In this document: in pieces, positions 1 through 12,900 of the stretch
How the letters are laid out: each line of letters begins with the position of its first letter
Numbering within the stretch: the stretch's first letter is position 1
Source: Nageia nagi
Taxonomy: Eukaryota > Plantae > Pinophyta
DNA length: 64,000 nt
Reading direction: 5' to 3'
Assembly (NCBI GenBank): GCA_050084985.1
Contig: JBITNC010000002.1
Location: 20,212,001-20,276,000 of the forward strand
Position numbers and translations under genes: made by a program
The notes under the pieces: model-generated
Databases searched by the model: none
Seen by the model: the letters and a program-made list of their open reading frames with translations, nothing else
What the model was told of the DNA's origin: nothing

Positions 1-210
1 ATATCATTCACTAAGCCGAAAGAAAAGAAGAAGGCTCCAGTACACACAGATAATGAAAAGTTGGGGATATATAAGAACCCTATGCCACAGCATAATACCG
101 GAATACTATTTGCCCAGGGGCACATGACAAAAGGAATCACGATATCAGAAAGACAGTCGGAGGCTAGCACCAGTGGGAGCTCTAGGCCCTCTGGAGGTAT
201 CATTTGGTAG
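1..210 (+). CDS. 3' end of an ORF running in from the left edge, possibly the C-terminus of gag
   Basis: Frame 1 is open from base 1 to TAG at 208-210 (ISFTKPKEKKKAP...LGIYKNPMPQH...GGIIW*). NPMPQH resembles the NPLPxH motif I recall near the end of Ogre-type gag. Confidence 0.35.
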   Translation: MSFTKPKEKKKAPVHTDNEKLGIYKNPMPQHNTGILFAQGHMTKGITISERQSEASTSGSSRPSGGIIW

Positions 211-595
211 GTCAAAATATGTAAAAAAAAAAAAAAAGAGGAGCTAGCAGTTGGTTCAGATCACTAACAGACATCAGGGTCAAGAGATTAGGAGGTTTCA
301 TGAAGTCATAATAGGAGCGTCGATGTTGTATTTCGTGAGAAAAGGATCGTCGACGGTGCTCTTTTAGGGGAAAATAGAGGAAAGCAAAAGATTCCAAGTA
401 CATTCGCAACATGAAAGGTCAGAATTTTAGGTCATATCATTGGCATTCGTTCTCAAGGATCATGGAACATCAAATTCACGCATCACAAGTACATGTACAA
501 AGAACAAATCAGGTACCAAAGTTTGTGTTTTATATATATCATGATCAAAATGTTTTTGTTTACAATGCAAACTGGATGAGATTACATAGAATGAT

Positions 596-2862
596 TTAGA
601 ATCTCCTACTAGACCCCACACCCCCTACACTAGAACTAGTAGCCCTGCTAGATGTGCCACCCCTGCACCGTGCCTTGTACTTCTCTACGCGTGCCTTCTC
701 CTCGTCGATCTGTCTCTCAGCCTGGTGAAGCTGCTCATAGAGGACCTTGATTTCCTTGTTGGCTGCCTGTAAGTCCTGATAGATACCAGTATAATCCCCT
801 CCTCCAAATCGTAGATGACTCTGTAGTTCTCTAATCTCCTCATCCTTCTGACCGATTTGGCCACGCAGCTTAGCCATCTCAACCTCAGGATCTGTGACAT
901 AGCATAAACATATCATGTTAGTTCCTTGCATATTATGAAAAACAGAAAGTCAAAGCAAAGTAAAAGAGAAAATAGGTTACCATCATCATCCTCATCGTAG
1001 TCTTCATCCTCCCAGTCTGATTCCGTCTTATATTCAGGTTCATATTCATCCTGGTCTGGATTGGTCTCCTCATTATCGTCATGACCTGCATCTAGAGACG
1101 TGTCACGAGCATATGTAGAACTACTCTCTCCTCCCCATCCTCCCGTGGTGAAGGGAATGTCCCATCCGGTCTCGGTGTCTCCTGTGTCCTCATCCTCCCT
1201 TGCATCGTCACCCGTGTCAGCATCATGAATGCCTAGGTGGTAAGGACGGCATGTTCTCCACCAGTCTAGGTAGTCCTCTGTGTGATCAGGTCCATCTATG
1301 TCATCATCGACATCATAGTCGGAGTCCTTGCTGGGGGACTCCCAGTCTGAGTTCCAGTCCGGTACTGGCTCATAATCCTCTGGGAGGTGCTTGCTACGGT
1401 AGTAGCGCACCACTATCCTGCAGTCATCCGGTATACCCTGCTGGAGGCCAAACTGATGAAGTACCCGCTCTGGCCTATACGGCTCCACTAGTGCCCTACG
1501 TGCCTGTAGGTAGGTAGGGTGTCTCACCCATGTCATCTCCTGTAGGTCTTCCTCCCACTCTGGTACACCTCCCCGATAAGGACACCAGTAGATCTACACC
1601 TCCTGTAGTAGGTCAAGTCGCACACACCATCCCTCTAGGTCTATACTAGGGAAGTCTGGTACCTCTATCATCGCCCACCGTTGCCAGGTGGGTGCATCAT
1701 CCGGCTGGTCTAGGGGCAGTATTGTCGGTCTAGAAATAGTGATGTGTTCATAGGCCCACACCTGCAGTATCATAGAATGAGCCACCTGTCTCCCTCCTCT
1801 CTCCACCTCTGCAAAGCTGTGGAGGTCATGATAAAGTTGTGCCAGTATTGCGGGGCACCATGCATATCGCTGTCTGTGTATAACCATGTCCTGAATGATA
1901 GGAATCATACCCACTGGGAAGGTCTCACTGCTCTTGTCTGGATAGAAAATAGCATCTAGAAGGCAAGCAATGAGGAGCCTCATCTGCAGGTCACCCCATG
2001 CTGGAGGATCCTCTGGCACATGTCTCACTAGGGACACGCCCCTCTTCCTATGATTTACTTCGTCTGATCCCGTCAGCCATGTAGCCCATACCTCTGCCTG
2101 TTCCAAGCTCGGAACAGGAATCATATTCACTAGTTTCCCCCTGATAGGAAGTCTAGTGATCCTGTAGATATCCTCTAGGGTCACTGTAATCTCACCGGTT
2201 GGAAGGTGAAAGGTGTTTGGAGTTTGGATCCCACCTCTCCATCAAAGCTGTAAGCATGTTGCGATCATGAAACACATAGTCAGCAAATGCAAGGTAGCTG
2301 AATGAAATATCCTCTAGAATGCTTCGGGCTGCGTCAGTTTGTGGCCACTGTTGGGCAGTGGTGAAAGCAGCACTCTTGCCGGATGGTCGCATGAGGTATG
2401 CACGGTTCTGCAAGAAAAGAACGACAAAAGACAAGTTAGTGTCAAGGTATAAAACATAGAATAGCAAAAAATAGTATTGGTGAAAAGGACTGCCCACGGT
2501 CTAGATCAGGTGAAAAGGATCGCCCACGGTCTGAACTAGGGCAAAAAGGACCGCCAGCGGTCCTGTTTCCGTGAAAAAGGGTGACAAAATACGGGGTGCA
2601 GGTTCGTACGGGTAAGCATAATGTAGCCATGGTACCAGAAGTTTGAAAAATAGAGTAAAAAGAGAAAAACGAAGGGCTAGGGTATGCAACAGTAAAACCC
2701 TAGGGGCAATTCAGAAAACTAGTAAAAAGTCAGCTAAAATCTGAAAACAAGCAAAAGCATAGCAAGGAAAAGGTAGGAGATGCAATGTACCTGATGACCA
2801 GCAGGAGAATCAGCCACCAGGGCAGCTCTGTGTCCATTTCGGTGTGTGATCGGTAGGGCCAT
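596..2862 (-). pseudogene. Plant Mobile Domain (aminotransferase-like PMD, MAIN/MAIL-related) gene with three exons, an acidic tract and a C-terminal coiled coil; disrupted
   Basis: PMD motifs: LMERWDPNS(N)TFHLPTGEITVTLEDIYRITRLPIRG, YAWCPAILAQLYHDL, LQVWAYEHI and EPYRPERVLHQFGLQQGIP. Exons are 2862-2791 (ATG..CAG|GTACAT), 2407-981 (TTGCAG|AAC..G|GTAACC) and 891-596 (CACAG|AT), with compatible phases. There is one extra base near 2216 (frameshift) and an in-frame TAG at 1596-1594. Confidence 0.85.
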
Positions 2863-3321
2863 AGCATGCAGCCGCAATACACCTAGTGATAGTGACAAAA
2901 TCACCAGCTAAACCTCTCTAAATCAGTCTCTCAAGCTCTAGGATGCTCTCAGCTATGAAAATGACAGGGTGAACAAATGAGGAAGGGTGGGGCCCCTTTT
3001 ATAAAAAGGTTAGGGCACACACTTCAAGACAAATTTTGATTTAAGCATTTGGTACACATAGACAAGCAATTAGGCATTAATCTGGAATCCAGGGGTGATT
3101 CGTAGGAACTTGATTTTCATGGTTTTCGAAGAATCTTCAAGAAAAGGATCGCCCGCGGTCTTAGTGAAGACCGTCGACGTTCTAAATCAGCGAGAAAGGA
3201 CCGCCCGCGTTCCTTTATCCAGAAAATCAGCTTATCTAAGTATAATGGGTACATCACAGATGTTTGATCAATGTTATATCCAGGAGAATATTGCTTTGAG
3301 TTTCATGTTTGCAGACCTGAA

Positions 3322-3970
3322 TAATCAGCTTATCATGCTTGTGAGTGGAATTCCAGCTCCCGTGGTCAGATAATCATGCTTGTGAGTGGAGTCCCAGCTC
3401 CCGTGGTCAGATTATCATGCTTGTGAGTGGAGTCCCAGCTCCCGTGGTCAGATTATCATGCTTATGAGTGGAATCCAGCTCTCATAGTCAGCTTATCATG
3501 TGCCTATAAGAGGAGTTCCAGCTCCCATTGTCAGCTTATCATGTGCCTATGAGTGGAGTCCAGCTCCCGTGATTAGCTTATCGTGCTTATGAGTAGAGTC
3601 CAGCTCCCCTTGTCAGCTTATCATGTGCCTATGAGTGGAGTCTAGCTCCCATAGTCAGCTTATCATGTGCCTATGAAAGGAGTTCCAGCTCCCATTGTCA
3701 GCTTATCATGTGCCTATGAGTGGAGTCCAGCTCCCGTGATTAGCTTATCGTGCTTATGAGTGGAGTTCCAGCTCCCATAGTCAGCTTATCATGTGCTTAT
3801 GAGTGGAGTCACAGCTCTCGTGATCAGCTTATCATGCTTATGAGTGGAGTTCCAGCTCCCGTTGTCAGCTTATCATGTGCTTATGAGTGGAGTTTCAGCT
3901 CCCGATATTTGCTTATCATGCTTATGAGTGGAGTTCCAGCTCCCATTATCAGTTTATCATGCCTCTTGGT
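3322..3970. repeat. Tandem array, unit about 37-40 bp (CAGCTTATCATGCTTGTGAGTGGAGTCCCAGCTCCCGTGGT-like)
   Basis: About 16 diverged head-to-tail copies are directly visible. Confidence 0.95.
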
Positions 3971-3983
3971 GGAGTGTCAGCTT

Positions 3984-4562
3984 CATCAGTTTATCATTAT
4001 TTTGCGGAGTTCGATTCTTATGCAACTGGAGTACACCTCTTAGTGTGAAGGCTCAGTTGTGTGGAACTTAGCTCTCACATATCAGCTTATCATTATTTTG
4101 CAGAGTTCGGTTCTTATGCAGCTGGAGTACACCTCTCAGTGCGAAGGCTCAGTTGTGTGGAACTTAGCTCTCACATATCAGTTTATCACTTGTTTTGCGG
4201 AGTTCAGTTCTTATGCAACTGCAGTATACTCCTTTGTGCGAAGGCTCAGTTGTGTGGAACTTAGCTCTCCCCCATCAGCTTATCACTTGTTTTGCGGAGT
4301 TCGGTTCTTATGCAATTGGAGTACACCTCTTGGTGCGAAGGCTCAGTTGTGTGGAACTTAGCTCTCACATATCAGCTTATCATTGTTTTGTGGAGTTCAG
4401 TTCTTATGCAACTGCAGTATACTTCTTAGTGCGAAGGCTCAGTTGTGTGGAACTTAGCTCTCCCCCATCAGCTTATCATTGTTTTGCGGAGTTCGGTTCC
4501 CATGCAACTGGAGTACACCTCTTGGTGCGAAGGCTCAGTTGTGTGGAACTTAGCTCTCCCCT
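3984..4562. repeat. Tandem array, unit about 97 bp, six copies
   Basis: Unit ATCAGCTTATCATTGTTTTGCGGAGTTCGGTTCTTATGCAACTGGAGTACACCTC...GAAGGCTCAGTTGTGTGGAACTTAGCTCTC repeats six times. Confidence 0.95.
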
Positions 4563-4574
4563 ATGTATGGTTAT

Positions 4575-4812
4575 GGTTATCATGTGTTGTCATGTGTGTT
4601 ATCATGTCTTATCTTGTGAGTTGGTCATGTGTGTTATCATGTCTTGTGAGTTGATCATGTGTGTTATCATGTCTTGTCTTGTGAGTTGGTCATGTGTGTT
4701 GTCATGTTTTGTCTTGTGATGTGGTCTTGTCAAGTTGTCGTCCGATCGACATGTGTGGTCAAGTCGTCTGTCCTGTCATTGTCATGTGTGTTGTCAAGTT
4801 TGTTGTCTTGGG
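4575..4812. repeat. Low-complexity, roughly 29-34 bp tandem repeat (TCATGTGTGTTATCATGTCTTGTGAGTTGG)
   Basis: Directly visible degenerate copies. Confidence 0.8.
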
Positions 4813-5085
4813 TCATCAGCATCGCAGCAAGATTATCAGATTATCAGACATATCAGACTATCACCTCCTACAGCAAAACGCAAGGGGCAAGCATGCCCAA
4901 GGTAATATCAAAAGGGAGTTTTCTCAACCTATATCTAGCTTTATCATGATGTTGTTTAAGTTTAGAATGGTTAATGTTTATCATTGCTTATCAAAATTGT
5001 TAGCTATGATATTGTGTTTTACTTTGAATGCAAAATCTCAAGTCACCTCATGATTCTTTCGATTTTACATCCAAAGTGGGGCATC

Positions 5086-5980
5086 TGTTAACACATAAAA
5101 ATGATTTTATGCTTTTAAATCAATAAATTAATGAAATATGCTTAGCCTAACTATATGTCTTGAATGGATTAAAGTGATAATATCAATGTTTGGCTTGAAT
5201 ATGAATATTGCATAGGTTATCTTGATATTGCATGGGTTATCTTGAATATTGCATGGGTTATCTTGAATATTGCATGGTTTATCTTAAGTATTGCATGAAT
5301 TATCTTGTTTATTGATGTGTTTATCTTAAATTTTGTGAATTAACCTTATTTATGTGGATGCACGCCGACCTATGGGCGGTATTATCTATTATCTATATAA
5401 ATAAGGGATCTAATAGTAAGTCCACAATAACAAGGATACACATGATCCCGCGTATGGTCTTGTAAGTGGCTACCCCTTAAGGTATCTCTTGGTACTGCCT
5501 ACAAGGCTGTGGTTTGTGTGCTTCCTTACGCGAGCTCTCCTGACATCTACGATCAATTCTGATATTATACGGCTATCTGATACATCTATACTGAATTTTT
5601 GGACTTAATCGAGAGGTCAAAACCATAGAACGAAGGCCGTCGGTGCTCCTTTGTGAATGGAAGAACACCGCCGATGCTCTTACACCACTGAAATGGACCG
5701 CTCGCGGTCCTCTTTTGGCATCCTTGCAGGTCACGATGCTGTTGGAAAGGTAGCTCATCATCAGTATATCGCCAATATCTGCATCTTTCGTTGTCAGGTA
5801 CGTTCCGTGAGGTAAGTACACAAATTACAGTCTTGGTTGGTACAATTACACTTCTGAATTAGTTATGTTGTTTATTGTTATCTAGAATAAATTGCTATCT
5901 GTAGCTTAAATACAGATAATATTGAGTTTGTAGATATTTGCCTATTTATTTATTTGCATGCTCAATTTTATTTGTAAACA
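5086..5980 (+). mobile_element. Putative 3' LTR (about 895 bp) of the Ogre/Tat-like element
   Basis: TGTTAACA...TGTAAACA termini, preceded by the PPT. It has a TATA-like CTATATAAATA near 5392 and contains a roughly 20-bp tandem repeat at 5200-5335. Confidence 0.6.
5200..5335. repeat. About 20-bp tandem repeat (AATATTGCATGGGTTATCTTG), about six copies
   Basis: Directly visible. Confidence 0.9.
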
Positions 5981-7006
5981 ATCACCCTTTTATCCAATAT
6001 ACAAAAGCATGACATGCACATCCTTTTACCCAAGGGGCATGCTCATGACATGGAGTGAAGGACAAGTTACATTATCATATTCACTTAAATACTTAAGGGA
6101 TCAAATGATACCCTAAACTATTAGTGAAGTTTCATAGAAGATTTAATAAAAACCTTTACAATAATGCATTTTACATTCCAACAGATCTTCACTAGGGGAA
6201 CTGTCCAGGGCTTCCTAGTAGTGATGGTGAATCCTTGATGGATTCCAACAATTTTCAATAAAATCTCCTTGATGGAGATCTCAACAACAATAATGGTAGT
6301 TAGATAACCCTAGGGAATGTCAGGCCCTAAGGTAGCGGTTGAGAACCTTTGAGGAATGTTAGTCCTTAAAGTAGCAATGGATAAAGCCAAGAGGAATGCT
6401 AGACCTTAAGACTTCTCTTGTGTGAACAAGAGCAAAGGAGAGAGCTTGTGCCTACAAAATAATAATAATCAAGAATATCCTTTGAATGAGCTCTCATCTC
6501 CCTTTATATGATCCTTGAGGTTAGAAACTCCATAGTGGCATGGCAGCCCACCTTTTACATGTTTTAAATTATAAATTACACTCCTACGTCCACTTAAATT
6601 GACTCCTTGGGCTTATAAATTACAAATTGGGATCTCATAATATATCCATAAATGGGGCATCCCACTTGGGGCTCATTATTCGAGATCTACAAATACAAAT
6701 TTAATATTCATAGCCTAAGACTAATTAATAAAATAATAATTAAATACTCCTCAATTGACTCAAAATCACACCTAACTCCCTACAAGAGGGACGTCCCACT
6801 TTAAAGTGCTCAATTAAGTATTTTTACACCTAAAGTGTAAGTTCATTGTCAATGAGATGCCATTAAATGGCTTAAATGCATAAAAATACCTAAATATGCT
6901 AAATAAAAAAGAAATCCTCCCTAAGGAGGGATGTCTAACTCCATGAGCCAAATTTGTGAATTGGTGAACCACCCATGAATGAGACCCTCAAATTTGGGTC
7001 ATGACA
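5981..7006 (-). mobile_element. LTR fragment, probably the target of the Ogre-like element
   Basis: The minus strand begins TGTCATGACCC at 7006. The reverse complement of about 6335-6376 (GCTACTTTAAGG...TTCCTCAAAGG) matches motifs in the LTR-like sequences at about 33088 and 50889. Confidence 0.5.
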
Positions 7007-7109
7007 AAATATAACAAGCTCAATAGCAAATAGCATTGTATGTCACTAATGTATTGATATTCATCATATAGTTAGTTTGTCAAGGCAAGGTACCAAAGAT
7101 TTGACACAA

Positions 7110-7391
7110 TGATCCAAATTTTAAGGAAAGTGATCATGGTGAATTGGCTCTAATTTTGGTATTATCATGTTGATTGTTTCAATTACTTTGGATCATTGAT
7201 TGATCCTAAGTTATCAATCTTATTAGTGTATTATTACTTCATGATTAGCAGACTCTTATCAAGATCACAATCAAGGGTGGCCTTTCATAATTAAATTAGT
7301 TTGGATGATTAAAAGAATTTAAATATAACAAGTATGCAAACATTTTTTGGTGACCTTTGAAGCCAAGGAGAGACTTCATGAGATTGCAAAG
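7110..7391. repeat. Copy 1 of a roughly 280-bp direct repeat (copy 2 at 25548-25824)
   Basis: TGATCCAAATTTTAAGG...GTGAATTGGCTCTAATTTTGGTATTATCATGTTG...GCCAAGGAGA...TGCAAAG is present at both positions. Confidence 0.9.
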
Positions 7392-7559
7392 TATCAAAAT
7401 ACACAAACCTTATCAAACAAAGAGTGTAAGAAAAGAAAGAACAAAGAATTGCAAAGATGCGTATCCTCTTAAATAAAATGACTCCAAGCCTCTTAAATAG
7501 ATGTGCTTACTAGTTTATTCATATCAATTGCGAACTTTTTAGAATGTTCTCAATATACC

Positions 7560-8227
7560 TATGCTGACTAAAATGATTCAAACAAGCAATTAAGTTTTGT
7601 TCCACTTGAATACCCAAGCAATAGTGTGTATCTCTACATATTTTATCATTTCAAACTCTAAAAATAACATTTTCTTTGTTTCATGCAACAATTTAAGATC
7701 ATTAATGATTGCATCATACACATATATTGCAATTACGAGCATTTTGTAATCTATTCTATTTACAAAAATATTTGAATCAACATTATGTTTTACACATCCA
7801 ATAGAACAAAGAACATGTCTATTTATTGGTACCAAGCTCTTGATGATTGCTTCAATCCATATAGAGTTTTTTACATCTTGCACACCAACCATTCATTCCC
7901 TGAAGCCACAAATCCTTCTAATTGGTTCATGTAGATATCTTCTTCAAGTTCTTCATTGAGAAACACAATTTTGACATGCATTTGCTGGATTTCTAACTCC
8001 TCAATTGTACTAATAGCAAGCAAAATGAGAATAGATGTGAGTTTAATCACAAGTGAAAATGTATCATGACAATCACTTGCTACTTGTGAATAGCCCTTGG
8101 CTACCAATCGAGCTTTGTACCAATCAATGGTTCCATCTTCTTTGAGTTTTTTATTGAACAACCATTTGCACCCTACAAATTTTCTCCCTAAAGGAAGTAC
8201 GGTTAAACTCCAAGTCTTGTTAATCAA
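7560..8227 (-). pseudogene. Copia reverse transcriptase (RVT_2) remnant
   Basis: NKTWSL..LPLGRKFVGCKWLF..K..DGTIDWYKARLVAKGYSQ, QMHVKIVFLNEELEEDIYMNQLEGF and AIYVYD; frameshifted. Confidence 0.9.
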
Positions 8228-9929
8228 TAATTATGTGTATGAAGAGTTTAGTGTCTCTTTGTGATGTTCCCTTTTACTGTTTTAGGGGTGATTTTGTAGT
8301 TAGTATTGTTTAATGTATTGTAGGCATCATTGTAATCTCGAGATAGGAGAATTAAGGGTCCTATGGACCAATTGTGAGCCCCAATATTGGATGTCTCCTT
8401 CCTAGAGATATATTAGAGCAATTAAGTGTAATTATGTGGATCCCAAGGCACAATGCATGATTAGAGGGTGAGTGCATGATCTGATGTGATTTAGAGGCAT
8501 GAGGAGGGATTCCCAAGCATGACATCTCCTTGGTGGGTGTGTAGGCACCCAACCTTGAGTGATTCCTATATATTTGGCTTGCACAACATTGAAGAGATAT
8601 CATTGAGCATATTTGACATCTTCTATCTTCGTAGTGTGGTAGCACCATCTATTAGGCGTCTTGTTGGATAGAAACCTAGCAAGGGAAGGGTTTAGTGGGA
8701 CATAGCCCTCACTATTTATTGGCTAAGGATGGAAACCCTTAGTCAATTTAGTCCTACATCTCAAATTTGAGGGTTGAAGGTCCTAAAAGTGTGATGCTAA
8801 CTTTCCTGGTGGTTGTTGAGTTGTGTCCTAGATCTGGTCCTTTGATGTAAGCATCCAAAATTCAACTCAAGTGTAAAATCAATAAGTTCAATTACAATCA
8901 CCTTGACATCATGTCTATGGCATCAAACACAAGCATTCAAACCCTTAAGATAACAACATTAGGGTTAGGGCATCTACTTCAAGTAATTACAATGCAAGTA
9001 TGATAACATCTAAGCTAGGGCATCAATAATATACATGCACAACACCAAGATGACAACGTATGGCCAGTATAAGCATATATAAATGAACAACACTCCTCAA
9101 TGCCAACGTATGGCTCACACAAGCATACATACACAATAATACTCCAACGATGCACAAGATAAGTATACATAACATAAGTTTGAGATCCAAAGCCCCAACG
9201 GTTGTATGTATGATTTAGAATGACAACAATACAATACCAGGCCCAAGAGGGTTGATGTTGGCCTCCAAGGAGCCAACTAGGGCATAATCTGTAAGTCTCT
9301 CGCTATTGGAACAATATCAGAACCATGGGACAATACACTCCCTTAGAATTTGAATCCTCTAAACCAAAGTAGTCATCCTCAAACCTTGGATAACCACTGA
9401 AGGTAGAAGCAATACCTCTGAATACCATAGGGTGGGAAAGGGCATTACACCAATGTTGTAGACAATCAGGATCCCTCAGCCTGAAAGCCCTCCTAGATGT
9501 TGCACCTAGGCGATATGTTTAGCATCGCTAAGTCTTCTTATCCTCTATAGGATATGAGGCATAATGATAATCAGGTATATCCAACAATGAGGCTCCAATG
9601 TCTCTCTATAGATTTTCTCTATCTGAATCTCACCTAGGAGTCATCACTTGGCTCCTCTAATCCAATTTTGGGCACTTAGGGGCCTAGAATACCTAACGTG
9701 GGTGCCTAGGGGTTAGGCATGCCAACATGGGAAGCCTAGGTTCATTAAGTATCAACGAGAGGTTTAGGAGTGCCATGCATACCCACATGGGTCAAGGGGT
9801 CATTCGTGGGGGTCCTCGTGTTAAGTTGGGCCAACATGGGGGTATGGGAGCCTCCCCAAGGCTAGCACATGCATGTAGGTGTCAATATGGTCATCTAAAT
9901 GTAATAATAGACCTTGGGATTCCCCCAAT

Positions 9930-12900
9930 TGTTAGGATTTAATAAGTTTATATAAGCAAGAGCATCAGTAATTCTCTTACTCCTTAGCAAAAGAAACAAC
10001 ATTCAAAGCATACTACTGAAATCAAATAACCATGAACATTAATCACAAAAAGAGAGACACAAGAGATAACGTGGTTCACCCAATGTAGGCTACATCCACG
10101 GAGAAGCTTTCAACCCTTTTGCATATCATTCTTCAAAGTCCTCCAAGCAACAAACCAGCAGCATAACCTTGCTACAATCTTCACTTTGGAGTTACAACAA
10201 AACCTCACTACAATCTCTCTCTCTCAACAATCACAATCTACTTCACAATTGCTGTCAAAACTACAATAATACATGTCTCAACTCAAGCCTCTTATTTATA
10301 GGTACAAACTAACCCAACTTAAACCCAAGTTGGATCAGGAAGGTTGTTAGGTAACCCCCAACCCTTCTATAACTGATAACCAGGTGTCATGGCTTCTTGG
10401 CAACTGAAATTTGGTGTTAAACAGAAAGAAACTGCTCTCATATTTTCTAACCGGTTGTAGTCTCCATTTTCTAACAATCTCCCACTTGGAGACTTCTTCC
10501 TCTGCAACAAGGGTCAAAAGCTTCTCATCTTGGCCTTTACTCCTTAAGACCAATCCAAGTTGAGCAAGAGCCCAACTTCTCCTTTGTAACAACTTTAGTG
10601 AACATGTCCGCAGGATTTTGAGACGTGTGAATCTTCCCCAAACTGACTGAACCATCCTCCAACGTTGTCCTGATGAAGTGGTACCTCAATTTGATATGCT
10701 TGGTTCTCGAATGGTAGGCTGAGTTCTTTGCAAGATGAATAGCACTCTAGCTATCGCTCCATAGCTTTGCATCCTTCTGCACCTTTCCCAGTTCCTCCAT
10801 CAATCTCTTCAACCAAATCAATTCTTTACTTGCCTCTGTAATCGCAACATACTCTGCCTCAGTAGTGGAGAGAGCCACAACCTGTTGGAGCTTTGAAATC
10901 CAACTCACCGCTGTACCTCCAATGGTAAACACATATCCTGTAGTGCTTCTCCCACCATCTATATCACCTGCCATGTCAGAATCAACATAACCTTGCAAAC
11001 AAGAGTTAGATCCACCAAAACATAAAGAGTAATGAGAAGTACTCCTTAAATACCTAAGGATCCATTTAACTGCTTCCCAATGCCCTTTTCCTGGATTATT
11101 CATGAATCTACTAACCACTCCCACTGCTTGTGCTATATCTGGTCTAGTGCACACCATTGCATACATTAAACTCCCAACCGTCGAAGCATAGGGAACTTTA
11201 GTCATGTACTCCTTTTCCTTATCTGTCTTAGGACTTAAATGTTTGGTGAGTTTAAAATGCTTTGCCAATGGTGTAGTTACAGATTTTGCATTATTCATAT
11301 TGAACCTTTTAAGAACCTTATCAATATAATCTTCTTGACTTAGTCTAAGCAAGTGGTTTTGTTTATCTCTTGTTATTTTCATCCCAAGTATTTGTTTAGC
11401 TTCACCCAAATCCTTCATTTCAAAAGTATTAGCCAACTTTTCCTTAAGATCAAAAATATCTTGCATACTAGATCCTGCTACCAACATATCATCCACATAT
11501 AAAAGCAAGATTACATAGTTGCCATTTGTTGTCTTCTTTACATACACACAATGATCAGATTGACATCTTACAAATTTATTTATTATCATGAAAGTGTCAA
11601 ACTTATGATACCATTGCCTAGGTGCTTGCTTCAAACCGTACAAGCTCTTTTCCAATTTACATACATACCCTTCTTTACCTTTGACCTCAAAACCTTCGGG
11701 TTGATGCATATAAATATCCTCCTCCAAATCCCCATGAAGGAAAGCTGTCTTTACATCCAATTGTTCAAGAAACAAGTTTTCAGTAGCAACAAGACTCAAT
11801 ATTGCTCTAATCGAGGTCATTTTAACAACTGGAGAAAAGATCTCATTATAATCTATACCTTTTTTCTGTTCAAAACCTTTTACCACAAGTCTTGCCTTGT
11901 ACCTTTGTCGCCCATCTACCTCTTCCTTTATCCTGTACACCCATTTGTTAGTAAGTGCCTTCTTACCCTCTGGAAGCTCAACCAAACTCCAAGTTTGATT
12001 CTTAAGTAAGGAGTCCATCTCCTCCTTCATAGCATGCTCCCACTTAATCTGTGTATCACCCTGCATAGCTTCATCAAAACATTCAGGTTCACCACCATCA
12101 GTATAAAGAATATGATAAAGAGCAGGAGAGTATCGTTTAGGAGGATTTCTAGTCCTTGAGGACCTTCTAAGTGACAAAGTTTGAGATGTTTGTGGTGGAG
12201 GTGCTTGAACATTATTATTATCAGGACCCTTATATTGATCAATATCTTCTAGAGATACAAACTTGGGTTCCTCAACATTTTGCAATCTATCTTTATACAT
12301 GCTTTTCTCATTGAATACAACATCTCTACTTCTAATGATTTTATGGTTATCAACATCCCATAACCTATATCCCAAATCATTAACACCATATCCAACAAAA
12401 TAGCATTTTTGTGATTTTGCATCAAGTTTCTTTCTATCCTCTTTATCAACATGTGCAAAAGCCTCACAACCAAAGACTCTCAAGAATGAGTAATTCACCT
12501 TTTTACCTGTCCACATCTCCTCTGGAATGCCTCCATCTAAAGCCATAGATGGACCCTTGTTAATCAAGTAAACAGCAGTGTCAATAGCATCAGCCCAAAG
12601 ATTCAAAGGAAACCCAGCATGTATCCTCATACTTCTAGCCCTTTCTAAGATAGTCCTATTCATTCTTTCTGCAACCCCATTTTCCTGTGGAGTTCTAAGG
12701 ACCACCTTAATCCTTCTAATGCCATTGTGTGAACAAAATGAATCAAACTCATTATTGCAAAATTCCCCACCATTATCGGCCTTAAGACATTTCAACTTAG
12801 AATTAGTTTCATTCTCAACCAATGCCTTCCACCTCTTAAATGTTTCAAACACATCAGATTTCTTTTTAATACAGTATACCCATGTCTTTCTAGTACAATC

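Larger units (their letters stand above)
1..5980 (+). mobile_element. 3' portion of an Ogre/Tat-like Ty3/gypsy LTR retrotransposon (5' part lies outside the window)
   Basis: A PPT-like AAAGTGGGGCATC at 5073-5085 directly precedes TGTTAACA (5086). The LTR-like segment ends TGTAAACA at 5980. An antisense PMD ORF and tandem arrays lie upstream of the PPT, an arrangement known from Ogre/Tat elements. Confidence 0.6.

Noticed and set aside
596-2862. PMD gene as a host MAIN-like gene or as part of a MULE
   Set aside because: No MuDR transposase or TIRs were seen. The adjacent tandem arrays, PPT and LTR point to a Gypsy context.
3322-4562. CRISPR-like appearance of regularly spaced repeats
   Set aside because: The units are head-to-tail with no unique spacers, there are no cas genes, and the context is a eukaryotic retrotransposon.
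3750-5053. Several ORFs of 67-174 aa in the ORF track
   Set aside because: They are translations of tandem repeats in several frames.
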